Assembly (NCBI GenBank): GCA_964016885.1
Contig: OZ024742.1
Location: forward strand, 200,880,001-200,944,000
Direction of reading: 5' to 3'
DNA length: 64,000 nt
DNA from: Eledone cirrhosa
Taxonomy: Eukaryota
The notes below the pieces were generated by a model, which saw only the letters and a program-made list of their open reading frames with translations, was not told the origin of the DNA and did no database searches. Each line of letters starts with the position of its first letter. The first letter of the stretch is position 1. This document shows positions 14,281 through 28,309 of this stretch, piece after piece. Position numbers and translations under genes: made by a program.

Positions 14281-14491
14281 GTAACTTCAGCGAGATCGTA
14301 TTTCGGCGGTGGCCAAACGCAATCTTCGAGATATGCGGCAAGCGCTCAAAGGACTAAAAGAAGTCCAGAGCAATTAACATACATTACAGAGGCCAGACAA
14401 AATGAAAACAGTGGTCGTGAAGCCATCAGCCACTGGACCCAAAACGAAGCAAGCGAAACAGATTAACTTATATTTATATATATACATATAT

Positions 14492-14632
<141 letters not shown>

Positions 14633-14660
14633 ATATATATATATATATATATATCTATAC

Positions 14661-14698
<38 letters not shown>

Positions 14699-14703
14699 TT
14701 ATA

Positions 14704-14785
<82 letters not shown>

Positions 14786-14817
14786 CAAATGATTCTATGG
14801 ACATACTTTATAGTATA

Positions 14818-15748
14818 CTAGCAGTAAAGCCCGGCGTTGCTCGGGGTCGCTCAGTAGCTGTGTTAAAGTTACAATGTTAAGTTTCTTTTTTGGCTTAAAA
14901 ACTGTAGTGTCTACTGTGCAGACTTGCATGTGGTGTTTTTGATTAATATTCCCTCAACCAACAATATGCCTTATGAAGTTAAGAAAACATAACGATAACC
15001 CGAATGTTATAACAAAAGAGGATGCTGGGGATAAAAACTGCACTGGTTATTTATTAACAAAGATCGAAAATGTAAACACTGCAACGCAGAGAAAAACATT
15101 AGCGTAACCAAATTATCAGTTATGTCTGTCTGCACGCCTATATCACCTCTCTGCACGACTGTCTGTCTGCACGCCTATATCACCTCTCTGCACGACTGTC
15201 TGTCTGCACGCCTATATCACCTCTCTGCACGACTGTCTGTCTGCACGCCTATATCACCTCTCTGCACGACTGTCTGTCTGCACGCCTGAAATATTTGCTT
15301 GTTTTACGTAGTCTTTAAATAGACTTGTTTTCAAGTAAAAATATTGTTTTAAAATGCTTTTAAATGGAAATGAAGCAAAACGGAAGTTTAGTGTTCGAAC
15401 TGCTGAATTTTGCAGGTCAATATTTTGCTGGCTCGACAACTGTTCGTTCGTGTATTGTGTTAATGTCATTTTAAACGCTGAGAAAGCCAGCGTAATTTTT
15501 TACGTAAGACGCTCAATGTAAACAGAACAAAGGGAAATAACTGATAACTTACGCTCAAAAATCGATACATTATATTCGATTTCGTCACATAGGGTGGGTC
15601 AATTTGAAATTATTTTTTTTCCGATGTCTTCGCTAGGGCTCAATGTACAAGTATTGCAATTTCGGTGGAATTCCGTGAGAGATTCTAAGAGGAGATGTGT
15701 GCCAAAAATCGATAGACAGACAGACAACCACAGTTTTATATATATAGA
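14818..15748 (-). mobile_element. Non-autonomous Helitron
   Basis: Minus strand A|TC...CCCGAGCAACGCCGGG hairpin...CTAG|T with no TSD. Internal 37-bp tandem repeat at 15123-15287. Confidence 0.88.
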
Positions 15749-16053
15749 TTGCTCTGATTATTTAATTTATTACATCTTCATTGAGCCACATCGTGAATAG
15801 TTGCCATAACACATATATATATCTGTGACTTTGTCTAGTTTGTGTATATGTAAATCTTTATATTTAATAAACTCCCATAAGGTTGAGATGCAATTTGGGC
15901 GATATTGGGCTGCGCTTTCTAGCAACCAACCCACTTGCCGAAAGCAACCAATCACATTCATTCTTACTTGACCACTGCCACGTCACAGTTCTTAGCTATT
16001 TTGAATTCGTGTCTGCCGGGGACCACTTTAGAAAATGATCTGTCCTAACGAGT

Positions 16054-16139
16054 TTGTCTCCTGATGAGTTCGAAGCTCGAGATTTTATCCTTAATAGGAT
16101 ATATCAAAATGCGACGAAACCCGAGGGTAGGGATACAAT
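16054..16139 (+). ncRNA. Type I hammerhead ribozyme with extended helix II
   Basis: TTGTCTC-CTGATGA-GTTCG...CGAC-GAAA-CCC-GA-GGG-TA^-GGGATACAA; predicted cleavage at 16129/16130. Confidence 0.75.
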
Positions 16140-16809
16140 CCTGGTATGTGTATAAGCATTTCTTCTAACTTTAATTTTATACCTAATTGTGTATGGTTGA
16201 CGGTATATTTAATCGATTTCCACGTGCTGTTGAAATGTTGGGTAAAGATTCTATGGCGGTTGGCCGCGAAGAGATTGCTGTCGTTTATTTATCTACTATT
16301 TCTTCATAGGTGCCTTTTAATCTTATGGCCTGGTCTAATTGATTTTTTGTGTGGTTAATTATACTAATTAGGAGAGGAAATGGTGTATATATATTATCAA
16401 ATAATTCTATGGACATACTTTATAGTATATATATATATATATATACATATACACACACACACAAACTCAATACATAGATAAAATCTCATCTTACATGGAT
16501 GTAAATTACATGGTTCTGAGCACACGCTTTGAAAAACATTCTATTTTTCATAATAAAATAATGCTGTAAAACTCATTCCTTGTCTTTCTTGTTTACTCTC
16601 TCATCCTTCCACCCCTCTACCATCTCTTTCCCTAAACCAGCTCTCACGCTATTTAATCAGATGACCAAACGAAATACCGTGATATTGCTACATTGCTTCT
16701 ATCAGTTTTAATATAAAATGACCGCCAGCGTTCAAAAACCACGAACCAAGATGGTCGGTCGTAGCAGATGGCAATGGCGGCTTTCAGTGAAGCAATAAAA
16801 CAACGTCGA

Positions 16810-16816
16810 ATGATGG

Positions 16817-16854
<38 letters not shown>

Positions 16855-16946
16855 TCGATGACGATGATGATGTTGATGATGATAATGATGATGATGATGA
16901 TAATGATGATGACGTTGATGATGATGATGATGATGATGTTGATTAC

Positions 16947-16977
<31 letters not shown>

Positions 16978-18190
16978 GTCATGATGATAGTGATGACGGT
17001 GATGTTGATCATGATATTGATAATGATGATAATGATGATGATGATGATGATGAATATATTGATGATGTTGATGATGAGGATGATGGTGTTGATGATGATG
17101 ATGATAGTGGTGGTGGTGGAGGGAGTGGTAGTGCTGGTAGTAGTGGTAGTTGTGATGGTAGTAGTGGTGGTGATGGTTGCGGTGGTGGTGGTGGCAGTGG
17201 TGGTAGTAGTAGTGATAGTGCTGGTAGTGATGGTAGTTGTGATGGTCGTGGAGGTGGTGGTGGTGGTGGTAGTGGTGGCAGTGGTGGTAGTAGTAGTGAT
17301 AGTGCTGGTAGTGGTGGTAGTTGTGATGGTCGTGGTGGTGGTGGTGGTGGTGGTGGTAGTGGTGGTAGTGCTGGTAGTGATGGTAGTTGTGGTGGCGGTG
17401 GTAATTGTGGTGGTGGCGATGGTGGTGGCAGTTGTGGTGGTGATGCCGTTGATGATGTTGGCAGTGGTAGTATTGGTGGTGGTGGAAGAGGTGGTGGTAG
17501 TGCTGTTGCTATTAGTGTTGGTGATGTTCTTGGTGGTGGTTTGGTGGTGATGATGCTGTTGATGGTGGTGGTGGCAGTGGAACTGGTGGTGGTGGTGTCG
17601 GCTGCAAAGATCCTGCAAGTTTGATGTTGAAGATAGTCATGCGGTAGTTTTTATGATGAAAATGGTATTGTGGGTATGGTGGTGTTGGTGGTGATAAAGC
17701 TGATGGCAGTGATGGTAATGGTGGTGCTGTGGTGATGATAGCAGTTGTTGTTGGGGGGATGGTAATAGTGGTAGTGCTGGCGCTACTGGCAAAGGTGCTA
17801 GTGGTGGTAGAGGTAGGGGTTGTAGTAGTCATAATGGTGGTGGCGATGATGTTGTGGTTATAGTAATAGTGGTCGTGTTGGTGAAGGTGCTAGTAGTAGT
17901 ATCGTTACTAATGTTGGGGCTAGTTGTGGTCGTTGGAGTGATAGCGTTGGTTGCAGTGGTGATGGTGTTGTGGTGATCGTGGTAGGAGCTGTGGTAGTCA
18001 TAGTGGTGGTAGTGATGGTAATGGTGGTATTGTGGTGGTGATAGTAGTGGTTATTGTGGTGATGATAATAGTAGTGGTGCTGGTGAGTACCACCAGCACC
18101 ACTACTATTATGGTGGACGTTGTAGTGATAATGTTGGTGGCGGTGGTAATGGTAGTCATAGCGGTGGTGGTGGTGATGGTAATGAGAGTG
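16810..18190. repeat. Compound (GAT)n/(GGT)n low-complexity tract
   Basis: Direct inspection. Confidence 0.9.
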
Positions 18191-18348
18191 GTTGTTTGAA
18201 ATAAAATACAACAAAGCCGAAAACGCCCGAAAGATTCATATAATCATATTTTGATAACTTTTCAATTCTCAAAATTACATTATGTTACATAGCGACATAT
18301 TGCGCCATACATCCACACAGAAATACACACACAAACACACACACAGAC

Positions 18349-18413
<65 letters not shown>

Positions 18414-19170
18414 TAGATATATATAGCAGAAGATATTTTATATATATATATATATACAGACACATAGCAGAAGATATTTGATATATATATATATATACAT
18501 ATGGATTTGCCCCGAATTCCTTTCATAAACATTGATCTTGTTTAATTGGGGGTCAAACCAACCGTGACCTCAACAAAAACAGATGTTGAATATATAAGAT
18601 AATAGAGCTTCTGTTAGATTATTATTAGATTCTATCACATTATAATGATACTGTTGACCATAGCTAACCAACTTACCACTAAATAGACAGTTATTCCCCA
18701 AGCATGAAGCATCTAGCATCACACATAAACCAAGATATGGAGGAGAACAAAGCGTACGACATGTGCTGCGATCTGGCGGCAGTTGAGAATTTGCCAGTAG
18801 TTCTTTCCCCCTCCATGAATTTCTTTCATAATGTCGTTCACACTTTATGTTCATTACAAAACCATGAAACTTGAATATGTTTCAGATTAGCCCAAGGACT
18901 GTGCAATGGTATGTATGTATGTATGTATGTATGTATGTATGTATGTATGTATGTATGTATGTATGTATGTATGTATGTATGTATGCATGCATGCATGCAT
19001 CTATGTATGTAACTATGTATATACGTATATATGTATGTTGCTATATATGTATTTATGTATGCATGTATTTAGGTAGGAAGACATGTACGTCTGGAGGGAG
19101 GTATGTAAGAAAGTAGGTTTGTTTGTGGGTAAATAGGAAGATAAGTAATTAGAGAGAGAGAGAGAGTGAG

Positions 19171-19245
<75 letters not shown>

Positions 19246-19329
19246 TTTGCTATGTAGGTAATTACGTAAATATGTAGATAAGAAAGAATTTAGGTAGATA
19301 AATAGCTAGATGAGTAATCTTATTCCATA

Positions 19330-20550
19330 GACCCTTCGGAAGAATCCCATTCTGGCCGCTTATATTCGCAATCTTATTGTTTCAGACATTATCCAATATT
19401 CATGACCATAAGTAAGGGTAGGTACAAACACCGAATTCAAGATAGTGTATTTGGCTTTTACATCAACCTTCTTTTCTCTGATGACCGAATGGTGAAGCTG
19501 GTAATTTAATACACCAGCTCCAGTAAATCTTACAATAAATCCAGCCACATGCATTCTATTATACATGAAAACGGCCTTGTGCAACGTAAACCTTTCCACA
19601 TGTTTCTGTATAACTCCGCTCACGCATAGTGCACTACGCAGGTTTTCTAGAAAGGTCGATTATTTCATTCTTCGCAACACTAGTTTTCGTTTCTGCTGTG
19701 CAGCCTTGGCAGAAGACCTATACTCTTCCTGTCGTAGATCGCCCTCCATCGAGTTTAGCAGCATTATGTCGTCTGCAAATATAAGCTGACTGATCCTACA
19801 ATTCACCTGTTTTGACACCACTTTCAGTTGTGCATGTCAATTCTTTTCATATAGGTTATGAACAAGAATGGTAACAATAGTCATCCTTGGCAGCGTCCGA
19901 AACCCACATTAAATGGTTTTAACATAGCATCATTAATTTCATCGCAAACACTAGGGTATTCTTATAGGGACATTAAGCTGCCGGTGTATCTCATCCCCAC
20001 GCAGAACCTTCCACAAGTCCCGTGGAACACGATCATATGCATTTTTTTCGAGGAGGTCCTCAAAACAAGTGCACACTTCTTGGCAATACTCTCCATGATA
20101 TCACGAAGACCTGGCGTAGAGAGAATGCGTGGTCGGTTGTGCTACGTCAGCTAGCTTGGACTCGACAATATCCCCACATTTTTTTACTCATACACTTAAC
20201 ATAGACTTTTCCAGTGAGGTTAAACAAGGAGATAACGACATTGCTCTAGGTAGAGCTGCTACTTCTCCTTGTCTAAGGATCGCTGCTCCGGGTGCTATGG
20301 ACATGGAGTTAGAATGTCTAAAGAAAGAATCGTGGGACAGATTTTAAAGCCACACGACAGTATACTCTTAAGTAGACCACGAGCAAGATGGCTGGCTAAC
20401 ATCTATGAGCCTGGCTGGTCTTACTTGGCGATACAACCGGATTATTTGAAGACGGTTGCTTCTGATAGATCTTTCTGGAAGAAGAAGAAGAAGAAGAAGA
20501 AGAAGAAGAAGAAGAAGAAGAAGAAGAAGAAGAAGAAGAAGAAGAAGAAG
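19330..20550. mobile_element. Decayed RTE-like LINE: RT remnant on minus, 3' end with (GAA)n tail on plus
   Basis: Minus strand: RVPRDLWKVL, QLIFADDIMLL and SVFVPTLTYGHEYW. Plus strand 20280-20480: SRPRARWL...VASDRSFW followed by (GAA)n. Confidence 0.65.
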
Positions 20551-20871
20551 ATAGACGAATATATATTGCTCGGTAGATATGCAGAAAGATAACTGGGTAG
20601 GGTGCAAAGTAACTTGATACTATTACATGTCTGTAACACGCTTTTCCCATTGACCCATGACAAGAGTTAATAATATACTGACTATGATCCAGAATAACCA
20701 CTCTGCAACTTTAAATGTAACTACTATAAATATACTATATAAAACAATAGTTAGAGGGATCATCCACTCACTAATCAATATAATTTTTGTTGTTCATTTA
20801 AATTAATCTAGGTGATATTTAGTTAATTCTATGTCACTCTCTAACGTTACCACTTTCAGTTCCCTTAGCAA

Positions 20872-21076
20872 GGATTGGCAGTATTGGTACAGAGTCGGAC
20901 GCCATGCTTTGCAGCATAAAGTTACGGCCCTTTATGATCTGAGTTAAAGCCTGCCGATGTTAACTTTGCCTTTCATCGATAAAATAAAATACCAGTCACG
21001 CACCGGGGTCGATTTAATCGTCTTTTCCCTCCCCCCCAAAATTGCTGGCCTTGTGCCTATACAAGAAACCATTATT
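20872..21076 (+). mobile_element. SINE family A
   Basis: Head GGATTGGCAGTATTGGTA and the family tail. Confidence 0.85.
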
Positions 21077-21351
21077 TTATCATTCTACTATGTGTTCCAG
21101 CTGAAAGGCTGAGGCCATGCTCGGGTACCGCCACCGGATATTGTAATCATTTGGATTAAGTCTATGGTTTGGCTACCACCCTCTCTTTCTCTCTCTGTCT
21201 CCCTCCTTCTTTCTCTCCCCTTCTCTCTCTCGACCTATCTCTCTATCTCTCTCTTCTTCTTCTTCTCTCTCTCCCTCTCTCTCCCTCACACCTGTCTCTG
21301 AGTACCTAAAAAGGGTCATGGTCACTTCACTTCCTTCACTGATCAGACTAA

Positions 21352-21440
<89 letters not shown>

Positions 21441-21444
<4 letters not shown>

Positions 21445-22183
21445 GAATGTAGCGAAAGAATTCGGTGATGTGTAAATTATGCAAGAATACAAAGTATCAC
21501 ATAGCGAAACAGAGTGCTCAACAGACGTGTTAAAATAAACAAGAGCTATTCATCAGTCAATAAGATCAACAAAAAAATCATCAATAAAATTAACTGGTCA
21601 ATAGCTAAAGACTAGAGCTAAATATAGCAGAATGATCGAGAATCGGAATATCGGCCCACGAAATCACGATAAACAATATCCGACATGTGTGGCAGAGGGC
21701 TCAATAATTTGGATAAATCAGAGCTATAACTATCGTTAAAATACCAACACATAGAGATCATGCCTAAAATCACCCGTGCAGCCGAAAAAGAACGACCAGG
21801 AAGATTCGGGTCACTCAAATAAAATATCAATAAATTAATAAATTAAATGAATGTAAAAAAACTCACCCGGACCCGCTAGAAAGATGTTAAATCTAGCTTC
21901 TTGGGTTTCTGCAATTCCTTAATCCAATCACTATCAGCCCACATAAAAAATATATAAGACTTCTAGAGAAGGGATGAACGCGGAACAGCTTTATCAACGA
22001 GTTTTCGTCCAATAATACAGAGGGGACCTATAGCCAAAAACGCACATGGTATTCAGCAAGGGAGGGAACCCCTATATTAGCGAAAGAATTCGGTGATGTG
22101 TAAATTATGTAAGAATACAAAGTATCACATATCGAATTAGAGTGCTCAACAGACGTGTTAAAATAAACGAGAGCTATTCATCA
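21441..22183. mobile_element. Non-coding element with 106-bp direct terminal repeats (628-bp period) in (TA)n
   Basis: 21450-21555 is repeated at 22078-22183. Confidence 0.65.
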
Positions 22184-22191
22184 TATATATT

Positions 22192-22229
<38 letters not shown>

Positions 22230-22232
<3 letters not shown>

Positions 22233-22752
22233 GCTGCGCTTTCTAGCAACAAGCCCACTCGCCGCAAGGCACCAATCACATTCTTTCTGACTTGACCACT
22301 GCCACGTCACAGTTCTTAGCCATTTTGAATTCGTTTCTGGCGGGGATCATTTAAGAAAAATCTTCGTCCAAGTGAGTTTCTTTCCTGATGATTTCGAAAC
22401 TCGTGAATTTATCCTTGATCGGATATTTCCAAAATGCGAATGAAACCTCGTGGTGTAGAAACATAATTTTGGTATGCTTATATACATTTTTCTTCTAACT
22501 TTGATTTTATACCTAATTGTGTATGGTTAACGATATATTTAATTGATTTCCACGTGCTATTAGAAATGGTGGGTAAATATTCTATAGTTGTTGATCGCGA
22601 ATAGATAGGTGTAGTTTATTTATCTATTATTTCTTCATAGGTGCCTTTTAATCTTATAGCCTTGTTTAATTGGTTTTTTGTGTGGTTGATTATGGTGATT
22701 GGGAGAGGAGATGGTGTATATATTTTATCAAATGATTCTATGGACATACTTT

Positions 22753-22760
<8 letters not shown>
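22230..22760 (+). mobile_element. Second copy of the 14781-16424 element, with a degenerate HHR (22376-22462)
   Basis: Collinear homology; CTGATGA at 22385 and GAAAC at 22442, but the cleavage site is altered. Confidence 0.75.
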
Positions 22761-22818
<58 letters not shown>

Positions 22819-23096
22819 CACACACACATACACACACATATATACTTAAAATATAATTTGGCTAAATATAATTAGACGTTAATACAACTTAATGTCATGC
22901 AGTTTAATTAATTAAAAGTGTATGCAGCTAAATTAATTTCATTAAGACTGTAATAACCACAAAAAATTCAAAGTTAATTTAACTAATTCGACTTCTGTTA
23001 TTGATAGTTGAAGCAAGAGACATTATCCTACATTGATTCCTGTTTTATTTATCTTCCGTTAAATAAACAGTTTTATGATGTTATTTTCATAGGGTA

Positions 23097-23312
23097 GTAG
23101 ATTGGCAGTATCGGTAGAGTATCGGACAACATGTTTTGCGACATAGAGTTGTGACCCTTTCCGTTCTGAGTTTAAATCCCACCGAGGTTAGCTTTGCCTT
23201 TCGTCCTTATGGCGGTCGTCAATATAAAACACCAGTAACGAACTATGGTCGGTTTAATCGACTTTTCTCTACCCCCAAATGTTTAGCCTTGTGCCTAAAT
23301 CAGAAATCATTT
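23097..23312 (+). mobile_element. SINE family A (diverged)
   Basis: Head and tail homology. Confidence 0.8.
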
Positions 23313-23579
23313 TCATCGAGACAGCAATATTCGGGGATTATAAATTGTGTGTTTGTATATATATATATATATGTATACATATATGTGTGTGTGTGTGTGT
23401 GTGTGTATCTCTATATATTAGTAAATGTGCGAGTGCGCCAAACATGCGGTCGATCCTCTACTTTTACTAATATACCCACTCTGCACCATACCATGTATTG
23501 AGTACTTTTTGATATGTGGTCTTCCTGGCGCCAGTACCGCATATTATCATTATATACATACACAGACACACACACACAG

Positions 23580-23677
<98 letters not shown>

Positions 23678-23685
23678 GTATATAC

Positions 23686-23721
<36 letters not shown>

Positions 23722-23739
23722 GTATATATAAATTACACT

Positions 23740-23877
<138 letters not shown>

Positions 23878-23909
23878 AGATCAAAAGATGGTTAAAGGAG
23901 TTCAATATA

Positions 23910-23976
23910 TTTTATTATGCGCATTTCAAAAACAAACATCATCAAACAATAATATTTGTGTTTTCATCAGATAAAA
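23910..23976 (-). ncRNA. Type I hammerhead ribozyme (mirror copy)
   Basis: Reverse complement of 24110-24176. Confidence 0.78.
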
Positions 23977-24109
23977 CAGGAGAACATGATATGAAGGCTA
24001 AAAAAAAACACTTGTTGATAGTGCAGTTTTAAATCAACATATTGATATGTTGATTTAAAACTGCACTATCAACAAGTGTTTTTTTTAGCCTTCATATCAT
24101 GTTCTCCTG

Positions 24110-24176
24110 TTTTATCTGATGAAAACACAAATATTATTGTTTGATGATGTTTGTTTTTGAAATGCGCATAATAAAA
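24110..24176 (+). ncRNA. Minimal type I hammerhead ribozyme with palindromic loop III
   Basis: TTTTAT-CTGATGA-[long helix II]-GAAA-TGCGCA-TA^-ATAAAA; predicted cleavage after 24170. Confidence 0.8.
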
Positions 24177-24299
24177 TATATTGAACTCCTTTAACCATCT
24201 TTTGATCTTATATTATGCATACTCCAGTCCCACAAACTGTAGAGTGCTTCTTATCCGATATCTGCATTGCTTTATTGTACTACAATAAAACTCACCTCC

Positions 24300-24416
<117 letters not shown>

Positions 24417-24482
24417 GTACTTTCACTCCTTCACTATGCATCGGTGCGATTTCTCCGACTAAATTAACAAGCATCTCTCTCT

Positions 24483-24513
<31 letters not shown>

Positions 24514-25256
24514 ACATCAGATATAGACATATAATCAATCAATCAATATATCTCGATAATGATTTGAGATTATATTACTCCTTTCTTTTTCAATCTAAAC
24601 CACTTTATTTCTTCTTCTTCTGAAACTGAAAATGGTGGCTAAAGTTCATTTGTTCGGGAACGTGAAGAGGCATTGAATCGTAGATCAAAAGGAATTTGTC
24701 GCTGTTGATCCGGGATATAATCTTAGAATATTCCATAGAAAGCAAATCTATTTTCGCTGATTCTTTCTGAAGGCCTTAAGGTTCTTATATTAAATATATT
24801 AAAAGGTTATGCCTCGATTATTGATCGGAAATATTTATTGAGAGGTTAAATAATAAATTGTTTAGAAAGAAATGATAAATTAGTGGGAGAAAAAAGGAAA
24901 AATAAAAGTTATTAGTTTATGGGGGTCTGTTAATGGCACCTTACATAATAGGTAATATATATTGATTGAATATTATGTAGTATTTAGATATTATTAATCT
25001 GTTCTTCTTTATAATCGTTATTATTAAAGCAATTATTATTATTTTATCTTTTGTGTTCAGTTAGTGAGAAGTTATTCAGTATAATCATCAAAGACTGTAT
25101 TAGTAAAGATACAACACCAACAGCAACAACATCAACAACAGCGAAGTCAAATTCAACGTTATAACACATTAATGCTCTTTAATGGCACAAGGCCAGCAAT
25201 TACCCAGTACATTACTGGTACTTTATGTTATGCTCTTTAATATTAATATTCATATT

Positions 25257-25465
25257 GGATTGGTAGTATCGGTAGAGCGTCGGACACCATGCTTTGCAGA
25301 ATAGAGTTACGGCCCTTTATTATCTGAGTTCAAATCCCGCCAAGGTTAACTTTGCCGTTCACCCTTACGAGGTCGATAAAATAAAGTACCAGTAACGCAC
25401 TAGAGTCGATTTAATCGACTTTCCCCTCCCCGAAAATTGCTGGCCTTGTGCCTATATAAGAAATC
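25257..25465 (+). mobile_element. SINE family A with an 18-bp TSD
   Basis: AATATTAATATTCATATT at 25239-25256 and 25466-25483. Confidence 0.9.
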
Positions 25466-26829
25466 AATATTAATATTCATATTTAACCGCTGGAGGGTGC
25501 CGTCAGAGGATGAAATACGGGGTCAGATTGGTGAGAAGCGATGTTCTGAAAATTCCTCCTAGTAATTATATCCCTTGCGATATTGGTTCAAATCCCGCCG
25601 TGATCAAATTTGCCTGTTAATCTTACTTGGTCTGATTGAGCAAACCTATGATAAAATATGCTCCAGTCATGACCATCTCATATGCTGTCAATGTTGGTGG
25701 TACTTTGTTTTGTTTGAGATCAGCTTCGATCCTCCAGATCAACATATGATAAAAGATGCTACAACAATGTCCATATAAAATGTTATTTGGATTAGACTTT
25801 GCTCTGATCCACCAGACCTATAATTAAAGATGTTCAAACCGTGATCACCTCATGTTTTATTATTGTTTTATATTTTGTTTTAGCTATAATTGAGCTCACC
25901 TATGATCAAAGATCTTCCAGCGATATCAATCACGTAATTCGTTGGTAACCCTGTCGCGTCGTCTTTCCGTTATAGCAGGAATAGCCTAAACGTGAGATCT
26001 ACCGGATTCCCGTTCAAGTGGTAATGAACAACACACGTAGAAAAAGGGACAACCAATCACTTAGCAATTACTAAAAAGGGACAACCAATCACTTAGCAAT
26101 TTGTTGTCACGTGAGTTTATGATTCGTTATTAATGGCACCCCCTTAGGCGTCTAGGAGTTACGGGCTCATGCAATCGAGTACTTAGGTCGTCATAATCAA
26201 CTTTTCTCTTCCTCACATATTGCTGGCCTTGTGCCTAAAATATGAACTTATTTCCGTCTCTCTACATACAGAGATCAAATCCGGGTATTTATCTCTTTAT
26301 TTTCTATCATCTCAAGGTAAATGAACTATGATAGCAGATCCTAAATTTAGGTGAAATAAGCAGATGATTTAATCAGCCTGTGTACTCGAAGATAACGATA
26401 ACTTTCCACCACGGGATTTGAACTCATAACACAAAAAGCTGGTATAAATACCTCAAAACATACTATCCGTGGCTATGACGACTCACCAAACTAAGACGTT
26501 CTTCAGTACCTATGTAACATTAGTATGGTGTGTTGGACCGCCGTCAGTTTCGACGCCGAGAGTTTAATTGTTAAACAAATGAAGAGCCTACTCATCAAAT
26601 TAAGCTACAATGGGAAGTAAATTCCAGAGATATGTGTACTTTTCAAGTAGTTCTTGTGGAGATGCAGCGTTACACAGCGGATAATAAAGCTGGCCCTTTG
26701 AATTTCAGATATAACCCATCGTGTATTATAGAGTAAGAGGCTGAAAATTCCACGGGCATGTGTATCCTTAACGTAATTCTCAGCGTAAAAGAGAGTGTGA
26801 CAAAGTTGGAACTTTAAATGACAGGTACA

Positions 26830-26966
26830 ACGCATTTTTGCCAGCTGAGTGAAGTGAAATGAAGTTTCTTTCTCAAGGACGAACCAAGACCAAGGCATCA
26901 CCCGGTTCCGGAAGCGAACTCAAGACCTTACGATTTTGAGACGAACACTCAAACCACTAAGCAACA
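26830..26966 (-). mobile_element. tRNA-derived SINE, family B (degenerate)
   Basis: Similar to 52735-52848; B-box-like GAGTTCGCTTCC on the minus strand. Confidence 0.55.
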
Positions 26967-27331
26967 AACATAACTTCAATATATCAATATATATTAAAGA
27001 TTGCAATAACATATGTTAAACCGTCGATATCACTGCTGTGGTTCTCATATAATTCTTATGTGTTTAGTATCGAGTATCAAAGTCATTCTCGTACGAAGTG
27101 ATCATTCTTTGATACACTGCCAATTTACAGAAGAATCGCAGCGTAACCTGCCAACTAACGTTGTTGAGTCTTTTTTTGTTCCTTTTCTGCCTGTTGCTTT
27201 TATTCACTATTTGTTATTTCTTCTTTCTCTCATTCTCTCTCTTTCTGTCTCTCTCGAATATAGTGCCAATAATAAAATTAATGATAAAATCTTTGATCTA
27301 ATAAATAAATAATGAATATATATGTATACAT

Positions 27332-27398
<67 letters not shown>

Positions 27399-27414
27399 CA
27401 TACATATAAATATA

Positions 27415-27481
<67 letters not shown>

Positions 27482-27585
27482 ATATATGTATGATGTATGT
27501 ATGTATCTATATATATATATGTATATATGTATATATGTATATATGTATGCATATCTCTATCTATCTATCTATCTATCTATCTATC

Positions 27586-27730
27586 CATTTGTGGCGCCTC
27601 CCCCCTATTGGGGATTTCGATTGTTGAAATTGTTTGTTTTTATATTTTTTACACGACTGTATGTAAAATCCCCGGCATGTCTTTGTATTGTCCCCTTTCT
27701 TGTTGCGCCCTTGTGGCTAATAAAGAAATC
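27586..27730 (+). mobile_element. Solo 3'UTR of the Tx1-like LINE in (TATC)n
   Basis: Nearly identical to 13287-13430. Confidence 0.85.
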
Positions 27731-27744
27731 TATGTATCTCTATA

Positions 27745-27824
<80 letters not shown>

Positions 27825-27838
27825 GTATATATATATAT

Positions 27839-27996
27839 AACAAAGAAAATATGGTAAGATATCAGGTGGACCATAACGCATCAGAGTTCTCGATACTGGA
27901 GAGTGGGTAATAGGAAAAGAGTCAGGACCCCATCGTTCGGATCTAGCTGTCAAAACGATCAGAGTTCAGCCGTTGGGGTCCTGACTATTTTCCTAT
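27839..27996. mobile_element. Inverted PLE-like fragment, same family as 57130-57328
   Basis: Inverted repeat 27910-27932/27974-27996 and the shared terminus GGACCATAACGCA. Confidence 0.6.
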
Positions 27997-28146
27997 ATAT
28001 ATATATTCCTTCTCTTTTATGTCTTTTTTCCTTTTCCCGCTTCCTTTTTTTTCCAATCTTCTCTCTCCTTTTATATTTTTTTGTCATATGGTGACTGGAC
28101 TCTTTCTTGTTCACAAGTGTTTTTAGGCATCATATCATGTCACCTG

Positions 28147-28215
28147 ATTTTATCTGATGAGAACGCAATTATCGTCCCAGGATGATATTTGTTTTTGAAA
28201 TGCGCATAATAAGAT
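28147..28215 (+). ncRNA. Minimal type I hammerhead ribozyme, same family as 24110
   Basis: ATTTTAT-CTGATGA-[TATCGTCC/GGATGATA hairpin]-GAAA-TGCGCA-TA^-ATAAGAT. Confidence 0.8.
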
Positions 28216-28252
28216 ATATGGAACTTTTTGAACCATCCTTTTAATTTCTTCA

Positions 28253-28309
<57 letters not shown>

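Larger units (their letters stand above)
14781..16424 (+). mobile_element. HHR-bearing non-coding element (~680-nt unit with ~36-nt terminal redundancy), interrupted by a Helitron
   Basis: ATTATCAAATRATTCTATGGACATACTTTATAGTATA occurs at 14781 and 16393, with (TA)n flanks. Homologous copy at 22230-22760. Confidence 0.7.
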
